From Mobula hypostoma (Eukaryota), in NCBI RefSeq assembly GCF_963921235.1, contig NC_086098.1, positions 155,558,001 to 155,622,000 on the forward strand: 64,000 nucleotides of DNA, in the 5' to 3' direction. Below, piece by piece: positions 38,101 to 50,321 of the stretch (the stretch's first letter is position 1; every line of letters begins with the position of its first letter). The notes beneath the pieces were generated by a model. That model was not told the DNA's origin. It saw only the letters and a program-made list of their open reading frames with translations, and did not search any database. Position numbers and translations under genes: made by a program.

Positions 38101-38205
38101 TACCTTCCTTGATTTATTCTTCTGCCAAACTGGGATGAACAATTGTTGTAGTTCATCCATGCAATCTTTAAATGCTTGCCATTGCAAATCCACCGTCAAT
38201 CCTTT
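35193..38205 (-). mobile_element. CR1 LINE inserted upstream of the cluster 2 promoter, split by a solo LTR
   Basis: RT ORFs 36650-37480 and 35289-35888. 3' tail at 35193. Host sequence matches unit A 3520-3530 on both sides. Confidence 0.9.
35903..36760 (+). mobile_element. Solo LTR related to the 29596 element
   Basis: Perfect 7-bp inverted ends TGTTACG...CGTAACA. Alignable to the 29596 and 33573 LTRs. Confidence 0.85.
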
Positions 38206-38742
38206 ATATTTGATTTTGCATGTTGAATCACGGAATATAGTATTTTCAGCAGGTTGTACACTTTTGAATTATTCTGTTACTCTCTCGCTTACTCGTGGAG
38301 CTTGGAAACATCTGTAAGTAACAGGAACAATCAAGCATTTTTGGATTTATCATTAAAATCTACTTAATTCTAACGATCACGCATGTTCACGACGCACGGT
38401 ACAGATAGCTGTGGCTAGTGGATAGGTTTCTTTATTGAAGAATATTGGGGTTGTCGCAAAGTTAGTAAGATGATTGATTCTCTGATTTAAACTTGCTGCA
38501 TTTGCCACGTGTAAAAGGAAGGTTAAACATTTAGACAAATTAACCAATCGGTACCGCGACAACTTTGAGCTGTTTATGCAGTTATAGATGCAAGTTTGTG
38601 AAGTTACTTCTCAAGAACTCCACATATAACGTGCAAAATCACTGTCAGTCTGTCAGTCAATTTCGCCATTTCCAGGTGGGAAATGTTACGAGATGGCGAG
38701 CTGAACACAATTGCTCAATTAAGCCTCGCAATCTCAGCGTTT

Positions 38743-38750
38743 ATTTGCAT
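38743..38750 (+). promoter_or_regulatory. Ig light-chain promoter octamer ATTTGCAT (cluster 2)
   Basis: Same position relative to the ATG as in cluster 1, with conserved CACGTG downstream. Confidence 0.85.
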
Positions 38751-38868
38751 AAATGTAGAGCACGTAATCACGTGCTCCTATTCGTTGCACTGATAAGGCA
38801 AGGAGAGCCGGCCAGGGTTATATTCTGGCTGCAAACCGTGCACTTTACAGAACGCTTCCGAATTCACG

Positions 38869-38911
38869 ATGTCCAGGAGGCTGGGTGTTATCTTGATAAT
38901 TTGCGTAGCCT
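38869..38911 (+). CDS. IGL: IgL cluster 2 leader exon (MSRRLGVILIICVA)
   Basis: ATG at 38869 and GTAAGT donor at 38912. Splices in frame to 39013 with an 11-nt second leader part (Y-SNA). Confidence 0.88.
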
Positions 38912-39012
38912 GTAAGTGTCCAATAACAGTTATTTGGATTTTCAGAGCGCGTTCATGTTGCAGATAATTGTTCACATGAAGCCTTCCATCTAATACTGGT
39001 TTATTTTTCTAG

Positions 39013-39363
39013 ATTCAAATGCAGAGTTCACATTAAGTCAAGAGGGATCTCTGTCCGTTCAGCCGAGAGGAACTGCGAAGATCGGTTGTAGAGTGTCAGG
39101 GGCCACCTTGGGAAATTCTGATATAGCATGGTTTCAGCAGAAACCTGATGGTACTCCCCGATTTCTCCTCTATCATGATCTTAACCGGGACGTAAAGGGT
39201 ACTGGCATTCCCGATAGATTCTCTGGAAGGTCTCAGTCTTCGAGCAACGCCGCATTTTTAACTATTACCAATGTTCAATCGGAGGATGACGCCGATTACT
39301 ACTGTGGTTGGTGGCAGTCAAACGCGTTGCACTTCGGCGGAGGCACCAAGCTGGCTGTAACAG
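39013..39363 (+). CDS. IGL: IgL cluster 2 germline-joined VJ exon, intact, lambda-like
   Basis: tttttctAG acceptor. Open frame EFTLSQ...GC...WFQQKPDGTPRFLLY...[22 protein letters not shown], then GT donor at 39364. No RSS or V-J intervening sequence. Confidence 0.93.
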
Positions 39364-40648
39364 GTAAGCAGTGCTTATTGTATTTTGTGCAGTTGAATTT
39401 CTTTATCGTTCAATGAATCCAATTTTTCAAAATCATGAAGTCAATTTGATTATAGCTCCAAGTATTACGTGAAGATGGCACTCAGAATTTAAACTGTCTA
39501 ATGATTATATTTGGGTGGTAGGGTGGAGATACGTCTCCACCAAAAGAGGTGTAAGGCTCTCCTTCCTTCTGCTAGCCTGCATGTCACGCTTGGGCAAGGT
39601 AAATTACCTACTCAGCTCCCTGATCAGGGTAACGCGCAGCCATGGGAGCAAGTGGTGGATGGACGTATGATCAGAATATATGATTATACGACTACTGACG
39701 CCAGGCAGATGATCTCTGAAGTGTATTGATAATGGATTGCGAAGACACTGCCAAGAAGAAGGCAATGGCAAACTACTTCTGTAGAAATATTTTCCAAGAG
39801 CAATCAGAGCCCAGGAGAAGTCCATCATTGCCCACGTCATACAGCATTGCACAAAATGCCGATCATGCATTTGTATGCATTAAGCAGCATTCTGGAAGTA
39901 AAAGCTTAAATTTTTTATTCGTCTCACGGTTCATGCAGAAGTAGTGAACAGCGAGAATAATTCCTAGCTCTTAATAATTGTCAAAGCATTGCACATGGTA
40001 AATTACAATATATTTAACTTAGGGACGTGAGGAGCTATCAGCAGGAAAAGTAATTTTAGATAAAATATTTAATCCATGAGTGTTATTATCCTATTTTAGG
40101 GGTTCATTTATTCCTCAAAATATATGAGGCCAAACTCAGTAAATTCGTGTCATTTTCTGAGGTGGGGGGCGATGGAAAGAAGAGACTGTTTGACTCAATA
40201 AAATTGAAAGGGACAGTTAGAATTGATGCTGCATGGCCTGTAGAGTTCCTCCAGTAGTTTGTGTATGTGCCACTGTAGTTAAAAGACTGGAGAGAACCTG
40301 GGCTAAAGGGATATCTCTCAATTCCTTTCGGGCCGAGAATTAGCATCTGATAACCAGAAGCTCCCCAAGTCTCCCAAACCAACACAGAATTTAAGGATGA
40401 GTTTCGAACGCTAGAAATTCATGTCCTCTTTGCATCATATTTTTACCTGAGAAAGGGAGTCAACGAACTAATTCCAACAATTAATAAGAGGCAGAACTCT
40501 TTCTGTATAATCTATCACCAGCACGTATTCGTTATTTTCTAAACATAAGACTACTGAGATTTATTGCTCGCAACTTAATTCCATCTATAGCTACCTTAAA
40601 ATAGAACTGGTTACGAAGGTTAGTTTGAAAACAATACCTACATTTTAA

Positions 40649-40744
40649 GCAACACACATCAAAGTTGCTGGTGAACGCAGCAGGCCAGGCAGCATCTATA
40701 GGAAGAGGCGCAGTCGACGTTTCAGGCCGAGACCCTTCGTCAGG
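40649..40744 (-). mobile_element. 96-bp Penelope terminal fragment in the cluster 2 J-C intron
   Basis: TSD ACATTTTAA (40640-40648 and 40745-40753). Absent in cluster 1. Confidence 0.75.
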
Positions 40745-41000
40745 ACATTTTAACCCAGAGGACTAATGGAAATAAGTACATCTTTGTTACATAATGGTTT
40801 GAAGTGAACAATTGCAATCATGTATTAGGTTGAAAAACCCAGAAACGATTGACTTTGCACGGAGATTTCTTTCACCTCACCTTACATCGCTGTGGTATGG
40901 TTGTCGTAAACACTGCAAACATTGAAAAGCTTACATGACGTGAATTCTCTTTGAATTTACAGTAATATTAATCGAAAATAACGGGCAAGAACATTAAATA

Positions 41001-41008
41001 ATTTGCAT
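41001..41008 (+). promoter_or_regulatory. Candidate intronic enhancer octamer ATTTGCAT
   Basis: Perfect octamer in the J-C intron. The homologous site in cluster 1 (6174-6181) is ATTTGCAC. Confidence 0.35.
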
Positions 41009-44000
41009 TAACCTAATTTACATTTGCAACTATCACTCTGCAGTTATCTTGAAAAGGAAAGTTACCAGATTGGGCTATTTTTAGACATTAACTGCTCGGT
41101 TATGTTTCATGGCTGGCACCTGCTCCCTCTGCTTTGTATGATCAGAATAGGTATCTCATGTAATCGATGCCAGAGGGTTCAGGACACTTTTCCAATATTT
41201 ACACTGCACCGTTTCTGACCCGGGAGTATTTGACCGAATTGTGTGGAGGGAGACTTCGTTTTTATTTGATTCTTGAGATACGTTGTTGAAAGTGTTTCAT
41301 GCGACACGGAAGAAGTTAGTGCATGAATCAAGCACAGAGTAAAGCTAATTGACTTTCTTCCATTATTATCTCTCCGGGTTTGCAAGAGTAAAATTCATTC
41401 CTGTACGTTCTCCTTTCAAACACTTCAAGGGTACGAGTATGATGAGTTAAAACCAAATTGATTTCACTTACAATATCGCGATAAACACTGGCAAGGCCAG
41501 GGCAGCACGAGGTAGATAGAAAGAAAAGCTCCTACACTGCCCGTCCGTTAGTATCAATCCTCAGCAGGTTATGGGAATTCTGCAGTGGCACCGTACCCTG
41601 ACACTAATTATAGAATTTGGTTGAAGTGCTCCACTGTTTCATCTCCAGCATCAGAATCAATCTCGTTTTAGGACATAAGGCTTGGCAAGCGATTGAAGGA
41701 GAGCTTTGAGACCAGTCACCATAATTCTATTAGTTTTTAAAGAAGTTTTGAAAAACAAATAGGAATAGTTCACAAGTTAGAGCCTAAATTGAAACAAAGC
41801 AAAATTTGATGGGATTAGACCAGAACTTTCAAAGATTGATTCGGAGAAGTTGTTAGCAGTTGCAGTGAAGTTTGGCAAGTCGGAAGCTTTTGAAATTGAG
41901 ATGCAGAGGACTCAGGGCAAATATGTTCCGGTCGGAGTGAATGGCAAGGTAGTTAGGATTGGGTAGCGCTGCCTGATGGAGGGGTATTGAGGTTCTGCTC
42001 AGGATACAGAAAATGTGATGTAGAGCCAACTTGGATCAAGCAAAATCTGTTGGGAAAATAAGGAATTTAGGAATTCATTTAATTAAGAAAATAGGAACAA
42101 ATGTGGACAGATCCTTACCAGATAAGTTGATCCGAAGAGATTCTTTGAATATATTAAGAACAGCTAGGGAGAGAAATAAGTCCATTGAAGGATTAGTTTG
42201 ATAGACGATGCGTGGGCCTCAGGAGACTGACGTGGAATGAAATTGATACTTCCAATCTGCTTTAAAGTGGAAAAGTCATAGAGGCTAGAAAATGCAGGGA
42301 CAAACAATGCGATGCCCTGAAGCATAATAATATTATGGAAAATGGGCTGTTAGAGTTTCTGAGGAGAATAACAGTTGATTAATCTCGGGGCCTTGATCTC
42401 TATATCCCCAAATGTGTAGCAAGCTTTGGAACAAATTACTGGGATCTTTGCAGAGACGTTTGTATCTTTGTTAGCCATACGCATGCTTTTGGAAATCTAA
42501 AGTTTAGCTAATGTATTATTTTTGTTTGAGAGACTGCAAGGATAAGCTAAGGAACTACAGACCGGCGAGCCTACCATTAGTTGAAGGGTACTACAGGTGA
42601 TTCTGCGAAAGAAGCTGTATATGCATTTGGAAAGGCAAGAAATTAGGAATAGTCAGCGTGATTTTGTGTGTGAGAAATCACGTCTCCGAAATTTAGTTGG
42701 TTGTTTTGAAAAGGTGACCAAAACAATTAATGTGGGCAGGGCTCTAGTTGACCACATGGAATGGACGTCGTGAATTATAATGAACGTCTGGGATAAACTG
42801 GGCTTGCTCTCCTTTTAACGCAGGAAGGCTGAAGAGTCACATTAGAAGATTATTAAATCGTGACGGAATACATAGGGTGAACGGTGAACGTCTAATAAAC
42901 CCCTATCGGACTTCCAGACGGGTACAGGTATCGCTTTTAAGCGACGTTTCGATGACAAACTCTGCCATCTTCATCATGAAGGTGAAGAGTTTGTCATCGA
43001 AACGTTGGTTAAAATAGATACCTGTACCTGGCAGGAAACCAAGGAGGGGATTATTCCTCATATATGCCGGGAAAGCACAAGATCCTTTCTGGTCAAAGTC
43101 TATCTCCCATTGTCACGGTGCTTAAAACTGGAGGGCGTATGTTTAGGGAGACGGAGGAAAATTAAAGGATTTTTTTCCCAACAAAGGTGGTGGTTAAATG
43201 GCAACACCCGCCAGATGAAACGATAGATGTTGCAACTGTTATGAACTTTAAAAGACGTTTACAGATGTACACGGTGAGGTAATGTAATAAGAGATAAGGA
43301 GCAAATACAGGTGATTGGGTCAAGTTCAAGAAGACGCTTTATTCGGCATCGACAAAGTCTGCGGAATAGTTTTCTTGTTGCATAATTCTGTGACTCCAAT
43401 ATGTGGCTCGTTTTTCCATAGAGTGTTGATCGCCATATAGTGCTAAATGTGTTTGTGGATCAGTTATTGCATCGGTCGCTCTTAACTCAGGAATACACAC
43501 CAGAGGGCGATTGTTCGAATGTCGCCTTTTCTGCCTTCATCGCATGGGGTAGGGAGGGAGCTGAAGGTGGAAGGTGAATATGATCCCGCGCAAATATGGA
43601 AGTGTGCGAGTAGCGCTTCATGTTTGCTTAGGTTTCCTGGGTCATTTTGTTAAAACCATTTAAGCAGAACGACCTCCAGTCTTCTTGTATAGTCATGTAT
43701 TTAGATCACGACATCTGTCTGTGAAGACCGCGAGGTAGCCGCTCTGCAACGGATAAAATAAATCACCTTCAGATATATGGGCATTCATGGACAAAAGAAA
43801 TCGAATTATAACTGAAACTGCGCAGCCTATTCTAGCACGGGAGGGTCTCAGTAATTGTAGTGCGCCTATGTAATTACGATACTTTTGAGTCCAGGACAAT
43901 AATCTCTCCTGCTCCTCTTGAAAATAACCCCACAGGTCATTTCCAATCACCGCACCGGCCTAATGCCGATTGTGGAACGCGCATTTAGCACCGTTGTACA

Positions 44001-44144
44001 AAGTCTGTCCACTTTTTTCCACTCGTCCTCGGTGTTGGACTTGAACCCGCAATTTGCCAACAGAGTCACTAAATCACTAAGTATTAAATGATTCAGACAC
44101 GATTTGTTATCGTTCTTTAATATGGACATTTTATTTTATTCCAG

Positions 44145-44473
44145 GTGGAAAATTGACCCGTCCTTCGATTGCTCTTCTTCCACCCGCATCAAAACAGATC
44201 ACTGAAGGACGGATGGCGACTCTGGTGTGTCTGGTGAATAATTTTTCCCCTAGATTGGTGGAGGTTTCCTGGGAAATGGACGGCAATGCCGTGAAGGCTG
44301 GTGTCCAGACGACCCGAACCGTCCGGAATAGCGACCAGACCTACAGCCTGAGCAGTTACCTCACCCTGACGGCCTCCGAGTGGAACTCACACGAAGTGTA
44401 CACTTGCGGGGTTACACACCAGTCTCTCGGGTCTCCACTAAAGCGAAGCATCCAGAAGTCGGGCTGTGCGTAA
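44145..44473 (+). CDS. IGL: IgL cluster 2 constant exon
   Basis: ttccAG acceptor, C1-set domain ending SGCA*. Leader, VJ and C exons sum to 723 nt (240 aa plus stop). Confidence 0.93.
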
Positions 44474-44642
44474 GAGAGAGCCGGCAGGCTGGGTGCGCGA
44501 TGTTACTTATGGTCGGGGACAGCAACGTTTCACGATTGCTTCATTTCTACTGGCGAGCAGCTTTCGAAAAGTAGAACTTCAACAATATTTACTTTATAAG
44601 AAAATAATCACTTTGTAATTGAGTGCTAGTATCATTTGTTTA

Positions 44643-44653
44643 AATAAAATAAA
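44643..44653 (+). terminator. Overlapping polyadenylation signals AATAAA (cluster 2)
   Basis: Two AATAAA, conserved with cluster 1. Confidence 0.75.
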
Positions 44654-46137
44654 ATATTATTCTTCTGGCAATCTGTATATTTTGTATGTCAACGCTTGAG
44701 TATAACCAGAGGAGGGTCGCCTACAAATACCTAAATTCATTGAGATTACGAACGCCATCTTTTAACGCCGTCTTTTAATGTAACACTGCTTGGGATTCGA
44801 AAAGCGGGCATGCGGTCACAGGTTGTCACATTAGCGGAATGTGTTGAGTGGAGATGCCGCGGTGCAAAAACAGCAGCTACGGGCGTTGATTTACAGTAGC
44901 GATTCCCATAGTCACAAGCTATCAAAGGTAACAGATGTGTGAATAAATTGTGGGAATGCAAAAAAGGGACAATTTGAGGCTACTCCGCTCCGTATGTTAA
45001 TGCCCGTAGTCAGAAGTGAACAGCAGTAGTTAGCTACAGATGGAATTTGTACTCATGGCATCTCTGAGAAAGAAGCCAAAAATCTATAAAGGCTATATAT
45101 GCTGCTATTTCCTTTGGCTCGCGACTTAGAGTCGGAGCGGTGCCACAAAACACCATCTCAGAACTACTCTGCACTCTTCCCAATGCAGGCGGAGCAGTAA
45201 GAGAGCTTCATCCTGAAATGTTGTCAAAATCCTTTGACAGCTGATGATGATGGTTGTATCGGTTATTAACCATAAAACTGGAAAGTGGAAAAGTGCATTT
45301 TGTCCTCCTAACATGTTCAAATATTCATGTTGTAATTGAGATTCGACCTGAGCGTCATGTTCCTGCCTCTCCCTTAATATGCAGATAACGTCGAATTTAA
45401 TAATTGTGTCTTGAAAAGGTGGAGAATTCCACCACCGAGTGCACATTATGTGCGTGTTCTTGACTGAGGAGCAGGTTGTGCCAAGTTGCCATTTAAGGGA
45501 ATGATGGAATGCCCCTAAGTCAGAATCCCACCCAAAGGCCCGGAATGCTTCTCACTTCAGTTCCTAGTAGCAACCGCCCTGTCTGAGACTGGAGCCATGA
45601 TCGTGGATTCCTGGTCTTGGAAAGTCTCTTGTCTTCATGCAGCGTGTTAAGATCTGTTGGAATTTTAAATTTCATTGAAATCTCCCCTCATACTCGTAAA
45701 TTCTCGAAAAAACAGGCCAGACTACGCAGATTATTCTCATATGGTGAGTTTACTGTCCCTGGAACTAGTCTGGTGAATATTTGTTGAAACCCCTCCATCT
45801 TTTTAAGCGGCGATATCAAAACTACTCAAAGACGTCACTATTCGTGTACTTAAATCTCTCTCATGACAAAGACTAAAGTAACATTTGTCTTCCTCGTGGT
45901 CTGTTGTTCTGGCACTTTGGCTCGCAGGAATCCGAAACCCGTTTAGCTTTAAGCAACTCTACCATGAAAGTAATATTCTCTGATATTGAGATATTTGTAA
46001 GATATATTAAATTTGGAACATGTTACTAAACAACTAAACGTTTTAATTAAAATTAGTTCCTGAAACAGATAAATACATAAATAGTTAAAATAATAAATAA
46101 AATAGCCAAATTTAAACAATCTATCTGTTGTTTTATT

Positions 46138-46290
46138 GGTCGGCTGGTGGCGCAGTGAGATCAGCGCCGACTGGAGAACGGAGGTTCCCAAGTTCGATCC
46201 AGTGACAGGCCGCTCGCGAGCGCGCTCTCCAGTCCGTGCCGGTGTGATGTCGAGCTCGCAACTCGTCCTCGTAAAGAAAAATACTGCCAC
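46138..46290 (+). mobile_element. tRNA-derived SINE, unit B only
   Basis: A box TGGCGCAGTG and B box GTTCGATCC. Absent from the unit A and unit C homologues. Confidence 0.6.
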
Positions 46291-48033
46291 TTCCAGTTTA
46301 AGTTCCCACGCGGAATATTGTGGAGGATCAAATACCCAAATCCAAACTGATCTTTTCCCTAAACCCCACAAACAATGGTGTCTTCTAATGGGGTGAAGTG
46401 TGAACCTGGCCCAGATACAAGGATCAATTAACAGTGCAATACTGGGTCCTGCCTTTTTGGTTCGGCTACAGCGGAGCATTTAGTACTGCAACAAAAACCT
46501 GGCCAGCATGCAATTATTTTTCAATAAATAGTTCTCAAAGCACGAAAATGCGCACTTTACAAAGAATGACTAATTCCATGTGATCGAAAGAATATTTAAT
46601 CAAAACAGGAAGTGCTGATCTAGTCAGAGAGTTTCCGTATAACTGTGAACATTTCAGATTATATGTATTGAAAATCGCCAAAAAGAAACCATCTTTTCAA
46701 ACTTTGTTCCACCTTTTACTGCAAGTAAGCAGATAGTGCGTTGTATGAACGATTGCTATGTTTGATCAGACGGTTAGACAAGATGTCCGATATTCTGGTG
46801 GTTGTCGCAGGAGGGGTACGATTGCTGGGGTGTAATAATATTAGGTAAAAGTCATTGTTGGCAATGATTCTTATTAGAGCAGTGATCAATATGCAGAACA
46901 AGAAGACATTAATGATGCTAATTTTGGGATTATATACAGTTAGGATTTGTCCAGGTGTTTATTGATCCTGAGCATGCGTGTGAGGCTGAGGCCAGTAAAT
47001 GTTTCTCAACAGTGCATTTAAGTGGCGGATGTTTCCTCCCTGTCATTCAGATCATTAACAATAGTGTGAGACTGGTACTTTGAGTAACCTGAATGAATCC
47101 GTGGCACGGGGATACAGAATCCATCTCCGCCTTATTGCCAAAGCAATCCTTATATAAAACTCCATTATATTCTTCCATTTCACGCTTTGCTTAAACATGG
47201 CTCTTCCTATAATGCATAAAAATTCCACCGGAGAGCGAAGTCAATAAGAACTCCCCGAAGTGAATCCCGGTGAAATCTCTAATTACCACCTTTGTCTGTT
47301 CTCAGGTTTAATATTTCTGCAGGCATTTATAATCATCTTCAAAATAAAAGTAAGCTGAGACAGTTCAGCATTTCCGTAAACATGCAAGTTTTGATTTTCA
47401 TAAACATCTGGTTATATTATAGGTTCCTTGTTGTAAATTAGTAACATTTTGGTCGCATCTAGAAAGGCAAGGCCGAAGAGAGATGCAGGAGTACCAGCAC
47501 AGGACCACCTAGCTCCACCCACTACCTATCCCTGCTGCAGCAGGACCATGTATCTTGCCAATTGTCCTGCCGTTCCTCGTACGCTGTACTTCACAAGGTG
47601 TTCTAAAATCTACCAGTGTCACCGATGAATACCGTATATGTCTGATCTCTGAGGAGAAAGTTGGGAATGCTTCATATAAAAAGAAACTTTTTAGTTCTCA
47701 GATTATGCAAATTTTCAGGCAAAGACGGTTGAGTCCAGACCTAGTTTTAACAGCTAGAGAAAAGGCTTCCCAATATCTGGTTTCTCAAACCAGTTGAGGA
47801 TTTTGCACAGGAGCGTCTCACATACTGTCAAACTACAATAACCTTACTCCAGTTTTCTTAAATATCTGTTTAATGGAAATTATTCTCACATCAGCAATTA
47901 ATTCAGTCTACTATGCTGCACTAACTCCAAGCAAATCGATCGTGTCTAGACACAGATAATAAGCACTAGGTAAAAACATAATCGTGGTCTTTCGAACTTC
48001 CTGTAAAGTATGAACAAGGTTTTAAAATATACC

Positions 48034-48603
48034 AAACAACAGGAATTCTGCAGATGCTGGAAATTCAAGTAACACACATAAAAGTTGCTGGTGAACGCAG
48101 CAGGCCAGGCAGCATCTCTAGGAAGAGGTGCAGTCGACGTTTCAGGCCGAGACCCTTCGTCAGGACTAACTGAAGGAAGAGTGAGTAAGGGATTTGAAAG
48201 TTGGAGGGGAAGGGGGAGATCCAAAATGATAGGAGAAGACAGGAGGGGGAGGGATGGAGCCAAGAGCTGGACAGGTGATTGGCAAAAGGGATACGAGAGG
48301 ATCATGGGACAGGAGGTCCGGGAAGAAAGACGGGGTGGGGGGGGGGCGGGGACCCAGAGGATGTCCAAGGGGTATATTCAGAGGGACAGAGGGAGAAAAA
48401 GGAGAGTAAGAGAAAGAATGTGTGTATAAAAATAAGTAACAGATGGGGTACGAGGGGGAGGTGGGGCATTAGCGGAAGTTAGAGAAGTTGATGTTCATGC
48501 CATCAGGTTGGAGGCTACCCAGACGGGCTGAAACGTCGACTGCACCTCTTCCTAGAGATGCTGCCTGGTCTGCTGCGTTCACCAGCAACTTTTATGTGTA
48601 TTG
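48034..48603 (-). mobile_element. Penelope-like terminal fragment with short inverted copy, unit B only
   Basis: 13-bp TSD TTTAAAATATACC (48021-48033 and 48604-48616). Last ~80 bp are an inverted copy of the terminus. Confidence 0.8.
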
Positions 48604-49930
48604 TTTAAAATATACCAGTTGCCTCCTCAATACGAAGCCAAATATTAGTTAATAATAAATGCCAAAACATCACTTTTTATTTTTTGCTCTGCAAACCACT
48701 ACGTATGGCGCAATATATTGTATATATCACCACTCCAGGTTTCCCCATTTCCGTTTGATTTATCCGATCTCGTAGAAAACTACTTCAATATTACTTTCAC
48801 ACATGCACTTGACGGTATTCAGTATTTCAGTGAGGTGCCCACTCTTCTGAACTCTGGAGAATTTCGGTACAGCCTTCTGATCTCTCGACATAGAATCAAC
48901 CACTACTCCCAGATGCTAATCGGACGAACCCTCTTCATTTTCTCGCATTTTTTTTTCATCCTTGGAGAGAAAACTTCAACCTGTTCCTATTGGACACCAC
49001 AATAATGTAACGGTTAGCGCGAGTCCGAGTGATATCGGAGTTCTGTCCCGACGTAATTCGCAAGGAGTTTGGATGCTCCTCCCCGTGAACTCGCGGGTTT
49101 CCTCCGAGTGATCCGGTTACCTCCCATATTCCAAAAATCTGGATTGCAAATTGTTCTGTGATTAAGTTACGATTCGTAGGTACGCCGCCGGCTCTGAGGC
49201 TCATGGGGTCGGAAGGGGATATTCCACGCTATGCCTCGAAACAAACGAACAAATAAATAAATAAATACTTCAAGTGCCGTCCTGATGAGATGCGACCGTG
49301 AGTCCACTGTACTATTTTACCATTATAATCATGTCCTATTGCCCTTCCCGCAGATTGTTTCCATTTACATTAATTTTCGGTGGTTGATTTGTGGATCCTA
49401 AACAGCATGAGGAAAGGGCTTCGAAAATTCATCTTCTCACGCCCATGTTTTTTTTGTATGTCGCAATGATATCATCTCTCATTTTGCTGAAATCCGGTAA
49501 CGTTACACCAGTCTTCTTAAATGCCTGATAATAGGACTTCACTACCTAAGTACACCAGTAACATTATGCATTATGAATTCCAAAGCATGTGTAAACTATC
49601 CTGAGTAAAGAAAAACAAACTGCAATTACTATTCCACATGTACTGTATTCTCGGGAGTACCCTTGTATAATTTCAGCAACACCTTGGAATAATGGTGAAC
49701 ATACGTAATGGAACATGAAACAATCTGAGCCAAATCAATATTAAATTTGTTTGCTGCTAATTATGACAAACTAAAGAGGGAAGAGTAAACAAAGGGCATC
49801 GGAGAAAATGTCAGAGTATTGACTTTTAATTGTAAACGTCACGAATTAATATTCAACTCTGCACCATCGTAATATTTATCCTATCTTCCATGTAAGGATG
49901 ATATCTCTAGATTTGGAATGCAGGATTGGG

Positions 49931-50321
49931 TCTTGCGAGGACGAGGCTGAGGACGAACCCAAGTGCAGGACACAGGCGCAGAGGCAGAGTCTTGAGGCGT
50001 TAACACCGCCGCAAACGGGGAACGGGTATCCAGGAGAGTCTTTATACGGAGACAAGGTTTACGTAGAGTATCCAGGAACTGATGCGGAACATAGAACTGG
50101 CAGTCCCAAGGAATCAGGAAACGAGGTTTACTCACACTAGAGTCGACCAACCAACTGGCAAAGCATGGCTGTGCCGCCCGAGTTTTATCCCGTGTTCGCT
50201 AATGGGAACCAGGTGAGCTGTAATTAGTGGAACTGGGAATGATTATAAATCAGACGAGGGAATTAAGGCCCAATTAAGGAGGTAATAGCAAGATGGGGAA
50301 TTGCCAGACGGGACCACGACA
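49931..50321 (-). mobile_element. Solo LTR, unit B only
   Basis: Ends TCTTGCG...CCACGACA, 5-bp TSD TTGGG, gaacccaagtgcaggacacag family motif. Strand inferred by analogy to the 16645 element. Confidence 0.65.

Noticed and set aside
46138-46215. Possible tRNA gene
   Set aside because: A and B boxes are present but there is no cloverleaf, and it continues into SINE body sequence.
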